Shown: in pieces, positions 1 through 8,705 of the stretch
How positions within the stretch are numbered: the stretch's first letter is position 1
How the letters are laid out: each line of letters opens with the position of its first letter
The notes under the pieces: model-generated
Databases searched by the model: none
Seen by the model: the letters and a program-made list of their open reading frames with translations, nothing else
What the model was told of the DNA's origin: nothing
IMG/VR virus record: IMGVR_UViG_3300022777_000088
Length of the DNA: 28,288 bases
Origin: a virus
Strand: one strand, 5' to 3'
Program-made: the position numbers and the translations under genes

Positions 1-2
1 GG

Positions 3-722
3 TTGTTAGATCCTGAAAGTAGGGAAATAAGGTATATTGGCGTTACGAAAAAGTCAATAAAGTCAAGAATACGAAAGCACTTGAGAAGGGTTCGTAAGAG
101 AAAAGAACAAGGTGAAGGACTGACATACAAACAAAACTGGTTGGACACCTTTGTTGAAGACTATAACGCTGATGAAGTTCCGTATGTTTTGATTGACGAA
201 TATGAAAACAGAGATAAAGCTTATGAAGCAGAAACTAAGCTTATAAAAGAGACGGATAACTTGATTAACTACATTGAAAATACTGTTCCTCCATATATTC
301 GCAAAAGAAGTCGGTCTCCGCTTAGTGAAGAGACGAAGAAGAAAATCGGAAAAGCTAATAGCGGTGAAAGCAACGGGATGTATGGTAAGAGTGGAGAAGA
401 AAATCCAGCTTCTAGAGAGGAAGTTAGAGAAAAGATAAGTAAAAAGTTGAAAGAATCTGAAGACTTCCAAGAAGCTAGATACTCCGACGAATGGAAAGAA
501 AATATGCGAAAATCAAGGGGAATGGCTGTTTATATTTTTGATGAAGATGGGGTTGTTGATCGTTTTGAGTCTTGCACGGCTGCGGCAGAATGGTTAGATT
601 GTACTAGAGGAAATGTGAAGAACGCGCGGCGAAACGAAAGAAAGATTTATGGGAAGTATCGTGTTATAGCTGAAAAAGATTTACAGAACGATGAGTCGGG
701 TTACGAAGAACAAATATCCTAG
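3..722 (+). CDS. GIY-YIG homing endonuclease with NUMOD3 and NUMOD1/IENR1-like DNA-binding modules (5' end probably outside window)
   Basis: 'IRYIGVT...RIRKHL' YIG motif and conserved Arg, 'AYEAETKLI', 'LINY'; NUMOD3-like 'PLSEETKKKIGKANSGESNGMYGK'; C-terminal 'RFESCTAAAEWL' HTH. Confidence 0.85.
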   Translation: MLDPESREIRYIGVTKKSIKSRIRKHLRRVRKRKEQGEGLTYKQNWLDTFVEDYNADEVPYVLIDEYENRDKAYEAETKLIKETDNLINYIENTVPPYIRKRSRSPLSEETKKKIGKANSGESNGMYGKSGEENPASREEVREKISKKLKESEDFQEARYSDEWKENMRKSRGMAVYIFDEDGVVDRFESCTAAAEWLDCTRGNVKNARRNERKIYGKYRVIAEKDLQNDESGYEEQIS

Positions 723-1146
723 TACTTGTCATCTGAGTTGGAGTCCAGAGAAGCACCGTGACGACTCCTATCACCCCGACGAGAGTTTCTTTGAAGGCAA
801 GGAAGTCGTAGTTCTGGAAAAGATGGACGGGGAAAACTGTGTGGATGGTAAATCTATCATAAAAACCGAAGATGGTGAGAAAACAATAAGAGAGATTTGT
901 GAAAAGCAGTATGACGGCCGTGTTAGAGCTTATGATACTGAAAAAGAAGAAGTGGTTTGGGATAAAGTTGATGGATGGTTTGTTCAAGAAACAAAAAATG
1001 AAGAGTGGTATGAACTTGAAACTGAAGAAGGAGAACTAATCAAACTAACGGGAGATCACCGAGTATATCTTCCGAATCTTGACTGCTATCGCCGGGTTGA
1101 TAAGCTGAAGGGAGACGAAAAAGTTGTTGTCATGACAGAAGATTGA
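691..1146 (+). CDS. RNA ligase N-terminal extein (aa 1-49) fused to split intein N-half (aa 50-151)
   Basis: 'KYPSTCHLSWSP' and adenylation motif I 'EKMDGEN', then intein block A 'CVDGKSIIKTEDG' (Cys codon 838-840) and block B 'LTGDHRVY'. Confidence 0.9.
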   Translation: MSRVTKNKYPSTCHLSWSPEKHRDDSYHPDESFFEGKEVVVLEKMDGENCVDGKSIIKTEDGEKTIREICEKQYDGRVRAYDTEKEEVVWDKVDGWFVQETKNEEWYELETEEGELIKLTGDHRVYLPNLDCYRRVDKLKGDEKVVVMTED

Positions 1147-1183
1147 TTCATATTTATGAAAAAGGTCAATCTTTTGATAAAAC

Positions 1184-1191
1184 TATAAATA
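1184..1191 (+). promoter_or_regulatory. TATAAATA (T4 late-promoter-like) just upstream of the endonuclease ATG
   Basis: Exact TATAAATA ending 6 nt before ATG 1198. Confidence 0.35.
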
Positions 1192-1197
1192 AGTGTC

Positions 1198-2238
1198 ATG
1201 GATAACAAATGTCCGTTCTGTGAAAATGAATACTCGCGACTCGGAAGACATGCGCCTTATTGTGATCAAAAACCTGAAGAAACAACAAAAGATGAAGCAA
1301 AGATTGAATCAATCAAAGCTAGATCTAAAGTTGATGTAAATAAAGAAAAGTTGGTCAAATGGTATTATGAAGACGAAAATAGCCTAACAGATATATCAAA
1401 TAAGACTAAGTTGAGCGTGGGGTTGGTAAGCAACCTTTTTGAGTTGTATGGAGTTGAAAAAAGATCTTTGAGTGAAGGGAGCAAAAAAGCAGTTGATAAG
1501 TTTGAGAAAACCTGTAAAGAAAAATATGGAGTAAGCAACCCGTCAAAACTTGATTCGGTAAAAGAGAAGAAGAAAGAAACTTTTTTGGAGAACTATGAAG
1601 TTGATAATATATTCAAGGCTGATGGGTTTAGAGATTGGGTTGATCAACTAATGAGAGATCGTCATGGAAAAGGGTCTGTTCCGAATAAAAATGGGAATGG
1701 GGGCGTTGATTTTCATGACGAGGAAACCCGACAGAGGCTTTCGCGAAAAATGAAAGAGTGGTGGGATAGTCTTTCTAATGAAGAATGGAAAAAAAGATCT
1801 GAAAAAGGAAAGCAATGGTGGAAAAATCTTTCTGATGAAGAGAAAGAGAAACATGTAGAAAAAGTCTTTTCGTCACAAAAATATGAAAGCGAGTTAGAAG
1901 ATAAGTTTGAAGAAAATGTGTTGAAAAAGTTACTGGACGATGAACAATATAGAAAACAATGTTTCATATCTGGAAAAGCGTTTGATTTTTATGTTCCTAA
2001 TAGCAATCTTTTAGTAGAAGTCAATGGGGATTATTGGCACGCAAACCCTGAAATATATGATGAAAGTGACATCATATCTTATCCAGGTGGTGAAGTGGTG
2101 GTGGGAGAAATAAGAAAGCGAGATCAGTCAAAAATAAATCTTGCTGAAAAGACAGGGTATAATGTTTTGGAAGTTTGGGAATCCGATATAGAAAATAAAA
2201 CTTCGCTTGTTGTAGAACAAGTTAGAAATGGGCTATGA
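1198..2238 (+). CDS. Vsr-like/DUF559-type homing endonuclease with N-terminal CxxC and DNA-binding repeats
   Basis: 'CPFC' start; 'KTCKEKYGVSNPSKLDSVKEK' repeats; C-terminal 'FDFYVPNSNLLVEVNGDYWH...RDQSK...GYNVLEVWE'. Confidence 0.85.
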   Translation: MDNKCPFCENEYSRLGRHAPYCDQKPEETTKDEAKIESIKARSKVDVNKEKLVKWYYEDENSLTDISNKTKLSVGLVSNLFELYGVEKRSLSEGSKKAVDKFEKTCKEKYGVSNPSKLDSVKEKKKETFLENYEVDNIFKADGFRDWVDQLMRDRHGKGSVPNKNGNGGVDFHDEETRQRLSRKMKEWWDSLSNEEWKKRSEKGKQWWKNLSDEEKEKHVEKVFSSQKYESELEDKFEENVLKKLLDDEQYRKQCFISGKAFDFYVPNSNLLVEVNGDYWHANPEIYDESDIISYPGGEVVVGEIRKRDQSKINLAEKTGYNVLEVWESDIENKTSLVVEQVRNGL

Positions 2239-2879
2239 AGACTGTAAAGTTGAAATCCGTAAATAAAGTTGAGAAACCGAAGAAAAAGTATGACATAAGT
2301 GTTCATACGAATAACAACTATTTTGCGGACGAGATTTTAGTTCATAACTGTAACATTTATTCAGACGGCTCTTGGCACGCACGTTCCGTGGACACGCCGT
2401 ATCACCCGACGAGAGAGTGGGCGGGGCGCATCGCCGGTGAAGTCGGATACAAACTTCCGGACGGATGGAGGATCTGCGCAGAAAATCTTTACGGCAAACA
2501 CTCCATCAAATACACCGACCTTCGGGCGTACGTTCAGGTGTACGGCATTGTCAACGGCGACAACGAGTTTCTTTCGTGGCCCGACGTCGTGATGTGGTGC
2601 GAGCTCCTGGACTTGAATCACGTGCCTGTCCTGTGGCGTGGAAACTTTGATCGCGACCGAATTTCGTCTTGGACCGAAGAGGACATTTGCGAAGCCGCGG
2701 GGCGAGAGTCGGAAGGATACGTCATGCGAACATTGAACGGCTTTCCGGTTCCCGACTTTGAGTATCACGTCGGCAAGTGGGTAAGAGAGGGACATGTAAA
2801 CACTTCAGAACATTGGTTACGAGACTGGGAGAAAAACGGGGAAGTAAACGAGTTAAGAGAGGATGTCAACAAAGGTTGA
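2235..2879 (+). CDS. Split intein C-half (38 aa) fused to RNA ligase C-terminal extein
   Basis: 'YDISVHTNNNYFADEILVHN|C' intein blocks F/G; extein 'HARS', 'ICAENLYGKHSI', 'VPVLWRG', 'EGYVMR', 'KWVR' ligase motifs. Confidence 0.9.
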   Translation: MKTVKLKSVNKVEKPKKKYDISVHTNNNYFADEILVHNCNIYSDGSWHARSVDTPYHPTREWAGRIAGEVGYKLPDGWRICAENLYGKHSIKYTDLRAYVQVYGIVNGDNEFLSWPDVVMWCELLDLNHVPVLWRGNFDRDRISSWTEEDICEAAGRESEGYVMRTLNGFPVPDFEYHVGKWVREGHVNTSEHWLRDWEKNGEVNELREDVNKG

Positions 2880-3332
2880 ATGTTTTCTTTTTAGTTTGCG
2901 GTTTGTATCATCGTAAAGAAAATCATACAACTCTTTGATTTGGGTTTTTGGGTTAGAAAGATATATGGCGTTGCCGTCTCTAGTTTTTCTAGTTTGAATG
3001 TTATTTTCGGTTAGTTTATTTTGAGTTTGGGTGATAAAATCTTCAGAACCGCTGTAAATCATCCACTCTGGATTTTTGTCATCCGTACCGACATAACCGT
3101 CTCCATCAAAGTATCCTCTTATAAAGTCGGCATCGTACTTTTCGGATATGTGATTAGGATAAGTTATGTTTTCGGTCTTGTTTTTAATACACCCTTTTTT
3201 AGATAAGTGGTTACATACTTTCTGACTTGATAATCTGAATGCAGAAAGTTTTGAATGAGCGTTTTGAGTATTTTTTATGGGGTGGTCTGAGTTAATATCC
3301 GATTTAAACTTTTTGAGATGAGAACGGTCTAA
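2853..3332 (-). pseudogene. LAGLIDADG homing endonuclease, apparently 5'-truncated (only the second motif present)
   Basis: 'FIRGYFDGDGYV', 'HLKKFKSDINSDHPIK', 'LYDFLY...LKRK'. The first ~57 aa of the predicted 2853-3503 ORF are the antisense of a + strand gene. Confidence 0.7.
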
Positions 3333-3596
3333 TCGCTTCTCAAGAAAGCAGACTACCCGATTTTTCGCGATGACGAAATCCAGTGGGGAGAGGCGGCGGC
3401 TTCTCTTTTGAGCCTTGAACAGCCAACTTTCAAGTATCTGGACAGTCCGCCGATCAAGCCGGTGAATCGGCTTCTTTCTGTGAACGGGGAAGACTACTCC
3501 CACCGAATGTTTGTAATGTATCTTCTTTCACTCGGCTTCAAAAAGCATGAAGCCGAATACGCTTCGAATCGAAAAAACGCTTTTGGTTATGCCTAG
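3333..3596 (+). CDS. Hypothetical HExxY-motif protein, probably 5'-truncated (first start TTG 3408)
   Basis: Open frame after TAA 3330-3332: SLLKKADYPIFRDDEIQWGEAAAS...LGFKKHEAEYASNRK. Confidence 0.55.
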   Translation, partial: SLLKKADYPIFRDDEIQWGEAAASLLSLEQPTFKYLDSPPIKPVNRLLSVNGEDYSHRMFVMYLLSLGFKKHEAEYASNRKNAFGYA

Positions 3597-3927
3597 CAAC
3601 GATCCACGAGACATTCCTTCAACATATCTTGATTGCTACGCCGACTTCAAAAACCGCGTAGAGAATCGCGACTTGCGTCAAACCAACATCCATAGTTTTC
3701 AGCAAGAGTGGGGAGACACGACTTGCGGACATGGGGGAGTTGGAGGGCAAGCGATTACGCCGTCACAGACCTACGTGTTTGACGTAATGGGCGGGGGTTG
3801 GTACGTGTACCAAGGCGGCCGGTTTTCTTATCATGTCGAGAGGCCGAACGACGAGTTTTTCAACGATTTGCGAAGCTGGAACCTGGTTGGAGAGGTAGAT
3901 TATGAGGGGCAGTATGAACAACCGTAG
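3589..3927 (+). CDS. Conserved phage hypothetical protein
   Basis: 'FQQEWGDTTCGHGGVGGQAIT...VYQGGRFSY' resembles a motif I recall from phage hypotheticals; overlapping start at ATG 3589. Confidence 0.7.
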   Translation: MPSNDPRDIPSTYLDCYADFKNRVENRDLRQTNIHSFQQEWGDTTCGHGGVGGQAITPSQTYVFDVMGGGWYVYQGGRFSYHVERPNDEFFNDLRSWNLVGEVDYEGQYEQP

Positions 3928-4147
3928 CGGAATGCAAGAGTGGATTTCGAATCCGTCGCGACCGAGCTACGGAAATCAAGCCGAAACAGAACCTCTTGCC
4001 GAAAACTTTTGGGGCGCAGGGCAGCTTCAACTGTTTGTAAAGGGACTTCGAAAGCGCGGATTCCAAAAGCACGAGTTGAACTATATCAAAACGAAGGGAC
4101 AACCGAGAGACGAAAACATTGTCGATAAAGTGCTTCACATCCGATGA
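3914..4147 (+). CDS. Small HExxY-motif protein
   Basis: 'LRKRGFQKHELNYIK'; overlaps both neighbours. Confidence 0.65.
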   Translation: MNNRSGMQEWISNPSRPSYGNQAETEPLAENFWGAGQLQLFVKGLRKRGFQKHELNYIKTKGQPRDENIVDKVLHIR

Positions 4148-4302
4148 TTAGCCTTTCAAAAATCAAGAACTACTTTTCGTCGAAGCCGTCAGAGCTTGAA
4201 GAGTTTTGTAATCACGAAAAGTACTACATGCTCAGAAAATCTAGCTCTGAAGAGAAACAGCCGGATATGGCGGAACGAATGAAACAGCTTGCAGGGTTAT
4301 GA
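4144..4302 (+). CDS. Small HExxY-motif protein (52 aa) ending RMKQLAGL
   Basis: Own translation MISLSKIKNYFSSKPSELEEFCNHEKYYMLRKSSSEEKQPDMAERMKQLAGL; ATGA overlaps on both sides. Confidence 0.65.
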   Translation: MISLSKIKNYFSSKPSELEEFCNHEKYYMLRKSSSEEKQPDMAERMKQLAGL

Positions 4303-4433
4303 ATGAGAAAGAGCGAACACTTGAAGCTGTTCGGCGGGCGTGCCACGAAGCCGCAAAAGATATGATGGAGAAGCGGCTGAAGCGGTGGGGGTGCGTCGAA
4401 CATGAAATCAAATACGCACGAAAAAACTTTTGA
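4299..4433 (+). CDS. Small HExxY-motif protein (44 aa)
   Basis: Own translation MNEKERTLEAVRRACHEAAKDMMEKRLKRWGCVEHEIKYARKNF. Confidence 0.65.
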   Translation: MNEKERTLEAVRRACHEAAKDMMEKRLKRWGCVEHEIKYARKNF

Positions 4434-4436
4434 CAT

Positions 4437-4628
4437 ATGAACTTTCGCGACGCCGTGAAAGAATCAGCGGAAAGTCATATGAAGCTGACGAAAGACAATC
4501 TACGTAACATCATTCAGGAAGAGATTCGCGACGTATCTTCTTCCATCGAAGACCTCAAATCTTTTGAGTCACCACCACAGTTTCGAGTCCTCAAGCGGCA
4601 TGAGAGGGTGTACGTGATGGACAATTGA
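4437..4628 (+). CDS. Small HExxY-motif protein with internal MKLTKDNLRNIIQEEI motif
   Basis: 'VLKRHERVYVMDN' at C-terminus; tightly packed with neighbours. Confidence 0.65.
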   Translation: MNFRDAVKESAESHMKLTKDNLRNIIQEEIRDVSSSIEDLKSFESPPQFRVLKRHERVYVMDN

Positions 4629-4696
4629 AACGTCTTTCACTCACAAAGCTGGTTTCGGCTCTATTTATAGGTGAATCAAAGAGCCAAAAACCAGTT

Positions 4697-5023
4697 ATGC
4701 CAGATCAAGAAGAAGACCCTTTCGACACCGCAGACAAGCAGTTCGACACCGTCGACGAGTACCTTGACCGCTTGAAAGACGATCTTGCAGAGAAAGGGTA
4801 CGACGTCGAGTGGGGAGAGCGCATCGAAGAGGACGGAAAAGAAGCCGTCGAGGTAATCCACGAAGGCGCAGTACTCGAAGACCTGCGTGTCCCCGTCAAT
4901 CTTGAGGTCATCAATAAGCAAATGGGGCCTCTCACGGGATACGACATGATGCTTGACACGGTAGAGAGCGCACTTTATTACGACGAGAGCGAAGGAAGCC
5001 TTCCATTTCTCGATCAATCATGA
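4697..5023 (+). CDS. Acidic hypothetical protein
   Basis: ATG 4697 after CTATTTATAG element; D/E-rich. Confidence 0.7.
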   Translation: MPDQEEDPFDTADKQFDTVDEYLDRLKDDLAEKGYDVEWGERIEEDGKEAVEVIHEGAVLEDLRVPVNLEVINKQMGPLTGYDMMLDTVESALYYDESEGSLPFLDQS

Positions 5024-5166
5024 GTAAGATATTCAGCAAGAAGGTGATCAACGTAGAAAAGTTGGAAGAACTCGACGACGGTTTTGACGCCGTACGAATC
5101 ACGTTCGACGACGGAGAAACCGTCGAAGCGGCAGCAAAGTTCATTTTCAAAGATGATGAACTTTGA
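5020..5166 (+). CDS. Small hypothetical protein (48 aa)
   Basis: Own translation MSKIFSKKVINVEKLEELDDGFDAVRITFDDGETVEAAAKFIFKDDEL; ATGA overlap. Confidence 0.6.
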   Translation: MSKIFSKKVINVEKLEELDDGFDAVRITFDDGETVEAAAKFIFKDDEL

Positions 5167-5446
5167 TATGCACGGAGTCGAGTTCAACGACGAAGAGATG
5201 GAGACGATTCGGAGTATCGGCGTCGAAAATGAGGACTATGCAATATGCGCTATATTTGAGAATAGAAACAATGGCGTAGAAGTCGACTACGAAGAAGAGC
5301 GAAAGTTGATTACCGTGAGAGACGGTGAAAACGAAGTCCAGCAAACCGTTCCGATGATTACTGAGGTTTGCGAGTCTTCCGACTCTCTTCAGCGAATCGG
5401 AGTCGGCGTATCGATGCTTGAAGTTGCAGTCAATATCGAAGAATAA
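5153..5446 (+). CDS. Acidic hypothetical protein
   Basis: ORF in operon context; start at ATG 5153, 5156 or 5168. Confidence 0.65.
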   Translation: MMNFDMHGVEFNDEEMETIRSIGVENEDYAICAIFENRNNGVEVDYEEERKLITVRDGENEVQQTVPMITEVCESSDSLQRIGVGVSMLEVAVNIEE

Positions 5447-5658
5447 TGGAAAGATTAGAAGAGCACGACGTCAAGTTTTGCAAGCGCGAAGACGGCCGGA
5501 TCATAGCAAAAATGGAAGATCCGCCGGTCGAAGGTCACGGCGACGACATTGCCGAGGCGCTTGACGACTTGGCGTACGAAATCCGCCAGTTCTCAGAAGG
5601 GGTATGGGAAGCATTTGAACAGTCAATAATATCTTACGACGAAGACTTTCTGGAATAG
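5446..5658 (+). CDS. HicB-like antitoxin domain protein (orphan)
   Basis: 'EDGRIIAKMEDPPVEGHGDDIAEALDDLAYEI' fits the HicB N-terminal pattern (..G-T/D-x-x-EA..L); no HicA nearby. Confidence 0.55.
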   Translation: MERLEEHDVKFCKREDGRIIAKMEDPPVEGHGDDIAEALDDLAYEIRQFSEGVWEAFEQSIISYDEDFLE

Positions 5659-5666
5659 GTTATGAA

Positions 5667-6056
5667 ATGTGGTTATACTTCATGGCGGGAGTTCCGCCAG
5701 TTGCACTTCTTTTATATCTCGCTATGAAAAACGGCTATGTCACATTCGGAATCGGCGGACTTCAGCAGCGTCGAGATCACGACTCGAAAGAGTGGATAAT
5801 CGAAGAATCCATCGTTCCAATCAAGAGTGGAAGTGTGCAGTTTGAAGTCGAAACTGACGTGAAGTGGTGCCCAAGCACGGGAGAGATTTTCTACCGCAAG
5901 CCCAAAGACACTGGTTTCTTCGAGAAAGAGTGGGAAGAGGTTACAGAGTACACAGATCTCTATAAGAAACTTCTCGCGAACTTTCAGCGGAAGTATCAAT
6001 CGCCGCAACGTCGCGGCAACCCAAATAATCGAACTAAATGGACAACAGCATCATAA
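5667..6056 (+). CDS. Membrane-anchored hypothetical protein
   Basis: N-terminal hydrophobic helix 'WLYFMAGVPPVALLLYLAM'. Confidence 0.65.
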   Translation: MWLYFMAGVPPVALLLYLAMKNGYVTFGIGGLQQRRDHDSKEWIIEESIVPIKSGSVQFEVETDVKWCPSTGEIFYRKPKDTGFFEKEWEEVTEYTDLYKKLLANFQRKYQSPQRRGNPNNRTKWTTAS

Positions 6057-6583
6057 TGGAAAACGTAACATCCGAAGCACTCAGCGACTTGGTTATTCAA
6101 CTTTCCGAAGACGGAAAGACGTTGGATACCGATGAACTCGAAGGCTTGGTTGAGGGAGAAGTCGAAAACATGGACGAAGTGCTCGTCTCTTTGGCGAGAA
6201 CGGCCAGAAAGAATGCATTTGCTCCGCACAGCGATTTTCCCGTTGGAGCGGCGCTTCTCACTGAAAAAGGAATATACTTGGGCGGCAACGTTGAAGTAAG
6301 CGGCCGGTCGACGTCGGTTCACGCCGAAATGCTTGCCGCTTACAAGGCAGTGTTTGATGGAGCCCAAGAGTTTCAGGCAATGTCTGTTTCAACTCCACGT
6401 CAAAGCGCAGACACCGGCCCCTGTGGGCTTTGCCAGCACACGTTGAGTCAGTTCACCGACGAGCTTCGGATCATCGAAGATGGTGGAGACGACGACCACG
6501 GCATTTTCTATCTCTCTGAACTTATCGGAGACGGGTACTCCGCATCAACCCGTCATAAAGAATACGTATCTGACACATCATGA
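6038..6583 (+). CDS. cdd: Cytidine deaminase
   Basis: 'AFAPHSDFPVGAALL', 'GGNVE', zinc motifs 'HAE' and 'PCGLC'. Confidence 0.9.
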   Translation: MDNSIIMENVTSEALSDLVIQLSEDGKTLDTDELEGLVEGEVENMDEVLVSLARTARKNAFAPHSDFPVGAALLTEKGIYLGGNVEVSGRSTSVHAEMLAAYKAVFDGAQEFQAMSVSTPRQSADTGPCGLCQHTLSQFTDELRIIEDGGDDDHGIFYLSELIGDGYSASTRHKEYVSDTS

Positions 6584-7329
6584 ACATATACGAACGGTTA
6601 CAAGAAGAAAAGCAGATCGTCGCGTTTTGCGGCAAAAAGCGAAGCGGGAAGGATACGGCAGGAGACGCCATTGCTTCTCACGGCTATTTCCCAATCGCTT
6701 TCGCTGACCCCATCAAAGAGACATGCCAGCTCGTTTTCGAGTTTGACGACGAGCAGGTGTTTGGAGCGAGAAAAGAAGAAGTCGATCCGTTTTGGGACTT
6801 CTCTCCACGGTGGGCGATGCAGACGATTGGCACCGAGCTTTTTCGCGAAGGCATTGACGAAGACGTTTGGGTAAAGTCCTTGCTTGCTCGGATTGACGCG
6901 TCCAGTCACAGCAAGTTTGCCGTGACCGACGTAAGGTTTCCGAATGAAGTGGACCATCTTCAACGTGCAGGAGCGGAGGTGGTCCACATTCGGAGGCCGT
7001 CAAAAGAGCCAGAACTGGACCCGACAAAGAAGTGGTTTGCGCAAAAAGGTGGGATCATCAAAAAAGCGGCTTCGCTTTTCACCGACTTCGGCTCTGAGTA
7101 TCACGCTTCTGAAATCTCTCTCGACAGGCATCCGGTCACTAACAAAGCCGACATTCTGAATGACGGCACGATCGATGAGTTTCGAGTGGCGGTTCGGTTT
7201 TACGTTGAGCAGGTTGAAGAGGGAAACGACGAGTTCGTTGAGCAAGTCCAGCTTTCAGCCAAGTCAATGAACAAAAATGAGCTTCCCGATGGACGGACGG
7301 TTCACGGCGCTAATATGAAGACTGTGTAA
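6580..7329 (+). CDS. Deoxynucleoside monophosphate kinase (T4 gp1-like)
   Basis: P-loop 'GKKRSGKDT', 'FADPIKE', 'PRWAMQTIGTE', 'VTDVRFPNE', 'HASE'. Confidence 0.9.
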   Translation: MNIYERLQEEKQIVAFCGKKRSGKDTAGDAIASHGYFPIAFADPIKETCQLVFEFDDEQVFGARKEEVDPFWDFSPRWAMQTIGTELFREGIDEDVWVKSLLARIDASSHSKFAVTDVRFPNEVDHLQRAGAEVVHIRRPSKEPELDPTKKWFAQKGGIIKKAASLFTDFGSEYHASEISLDRHPVTNKADILNDGTIDEFRVAVRFYVEQVEEGNDEFVEQVQLSAKSMNKNELPDGRTVHGANMKTV

Positions 7330-7375
7330 ATCCATACTTATAGGAAACATCGGTGCCGAAAGTCGGTTATACATA

Positions 7376-7927
7376 ATGCACTATCAACCAACCGACCTTC
7401 CAAAGCAAATGAAACGCAAAGCAAAACAGCTCGCAGAGAAAGCTCACGAAGGACAGCGGAGAAAGTTTGAAGGGCAGGCTTTCGTTGAGCATCCAAAGGC
7501 AGTTGCTTTGCTCGTTCAGAGGGTGACGGACGCAACAGAAGAAATGGTCACGGCTGCTCTTCTTCACGACGTCGTTGAGGACACCGAAGTTGAAATCGGT
7601 GAAATCAAAGACCGTTTTGGAAAGAAGGTCGCGAAGATTGTTCAGTCGCTAACAACCGACAAAGAGAAGCGCGACGAGCTTGGCAAGGCGGCGTACTTGG
7701 GACACAAGATGGCGGGAATGGAAGACAAAACGCTGACAATCAAGCTGTGCGACCGCTATCACAACGTCAAACGCATTGACGAAACCCCCGAGAACTTTCG
7801 GACGCGGTATTCCGCTGAAACGATGGAGACGCTTTCCGTCCTGACCGAACACCGCGATCTGAACAGCACACAGAAGCGCATCGTAAGCGAAATCATCAAG
7901 AAAGTTTCCTGGCATTATGAGCGTTGA
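7376..7927 (+). CDS. HD-domain small alarmone hydrolase, Mesh1/SpoT-hydrolase-like
   Basis: 'AHEGQRRK', 'EHP', 'AALLHDVVEDT', 'IKLCDRYHN'; no synthetase domain. Confidence 0.85.
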   Translation: MHYQPTDLPKQMKRKAKQLAEKAHEGQRRKFEGQAFVEHPKAVALLVQRVTDATEEMVTAALLHDVVEDTEVEIGEIKDRFGKKVAKIVQSLTTDKEKRDELGKAAYLGHKMAGMEDKTLTIKLCDRYHNVKRIDETPENFRTRYSAETMETLSVLTEHRDLNSTQKRIVSEIIKKVSWHYER

Positions 7928-8126
7928 GTCCAGTTTCTTCAAGGACCGTCCGGCGACACGGGAAGAGTTGAGAAACATTCCGAATGAAACGCCCGACGTA
8001 ACAGGATTCACTCAGTTCGAAGACTTGTGTAAGGTCACTGTGGTTGAGTCTTTTGATCATGTTGATCCGAACGGAAATGTCACCGAGCATTCTCACCTGG
8101 AGAACTGGTTCTTTCGATCGAACTGA
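7917..8126 (+). CDS. Hypothetical protein
   Basis: Overlapping ORF in operon. Confidence 0.6.
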   Translation: MSVESSFFKDRPATREELRNIPNETPDVTGFTQFEDLCKVTVVESFDHVDPNGNVTEHSHLENWFFRSN

Positions 8127-8165
8127 TATATAAGGGCCGAACCTCCAAGAAAGTAATCCGGCCAC

Positions 8166-8624
8166 ATGATTCCTGAGATTTCGGGCGTATTTGAGACGAT
8201 TGACTCCTATCGGTACAGCATTACCGTAGGAATCTTGCTTCTTTACTTCGTCCCGATGTTTTTTCCGGTAGGATGGAACGCTGTGAGCGCCACGTGGCAG
8301 TATGCAGCGGCAATCATGTTCTTTCTCGCGGTGGGAATGATTTTGGTTCGCGACGTTTGGCCGCCGGTATATCGGTTGTTCGGAGGCGGGTTTTCGCGAA
8401 CAGAGAAAGATAAGATGGCGACCGCGATTCTTCAAGCAGCGAAAAAGGCTGCGGACGAAGAGAACGGAGAGCCGCCATTCAAGTTCAGCCTTGAAGTTCT
8501 TGACGGCGAGGACGACATTGAAACATACATTGCGCAAGACTTCACCGCCAACGAGTGTTCGATTCAAGATAATCACGTGGTCGTCACCGCCGAAGGACTT
8601 GAAGCGTTGAAGTCACAAATATAG
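8166..8624 (+). CDS. Membrane protein (two TM helices)
   Basis: Two N-terminal hydrophobic segments, acidic soluble C-terminus. Confidence 0.7.
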   Translation: MIPEISGVFETIDSYRYSITVGILLLYFVPMFFPVGWNAVSATWQYAAAIMFFLAVGMILVRDVWPPVYRLFGGGFSRTEKDKMATAILQAAKKAADEENGEPPFKFSLEVLDGEDDIETYIAQDFTANECSIQDNHVVVTAEGLEALKSQI

Positions 8625-8631
8625 AAGAACA

Positions 8632-8705
8632 GGGTCCATAGCTCAGCGGCCTAGAGCGCTTGCTTGACGTGCAAGAGGTCGGAGGTTCGAATCCTCCTGG
8701 ACCCA
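8632..8705 (+). tRNA. tRNA-Val(GAC)
   Basis: Acceptor GGGTCCA/TGGACCC, anticodon arm CTTGC-TTGACGT-GCAAG, T arm GGAGG-TTCGAAT-CCTCC. Confidence 0.95.

Larger units (their letters stand above)
838..2348 (+). mobile_element. Split-intein plus free-standing endonuclease cassette (IntN 838-1143, endonuclease 1198-2238, IntC 2235-2348)
   Basis: AT-rich insert between more GC-rich ligase exteins; intein termini Cys1 and His-Asn/Cys+1. Confidence 0.85.

Noticed and set aside
1144-2238. Single contiguous intein via stop-codon readthrough or recoding
   Set aside because: Two different in-frame stops (TGA 1144, TAA 1186) precede ORF 1198, and IntC is in another frame; other genes use all three stops normally.
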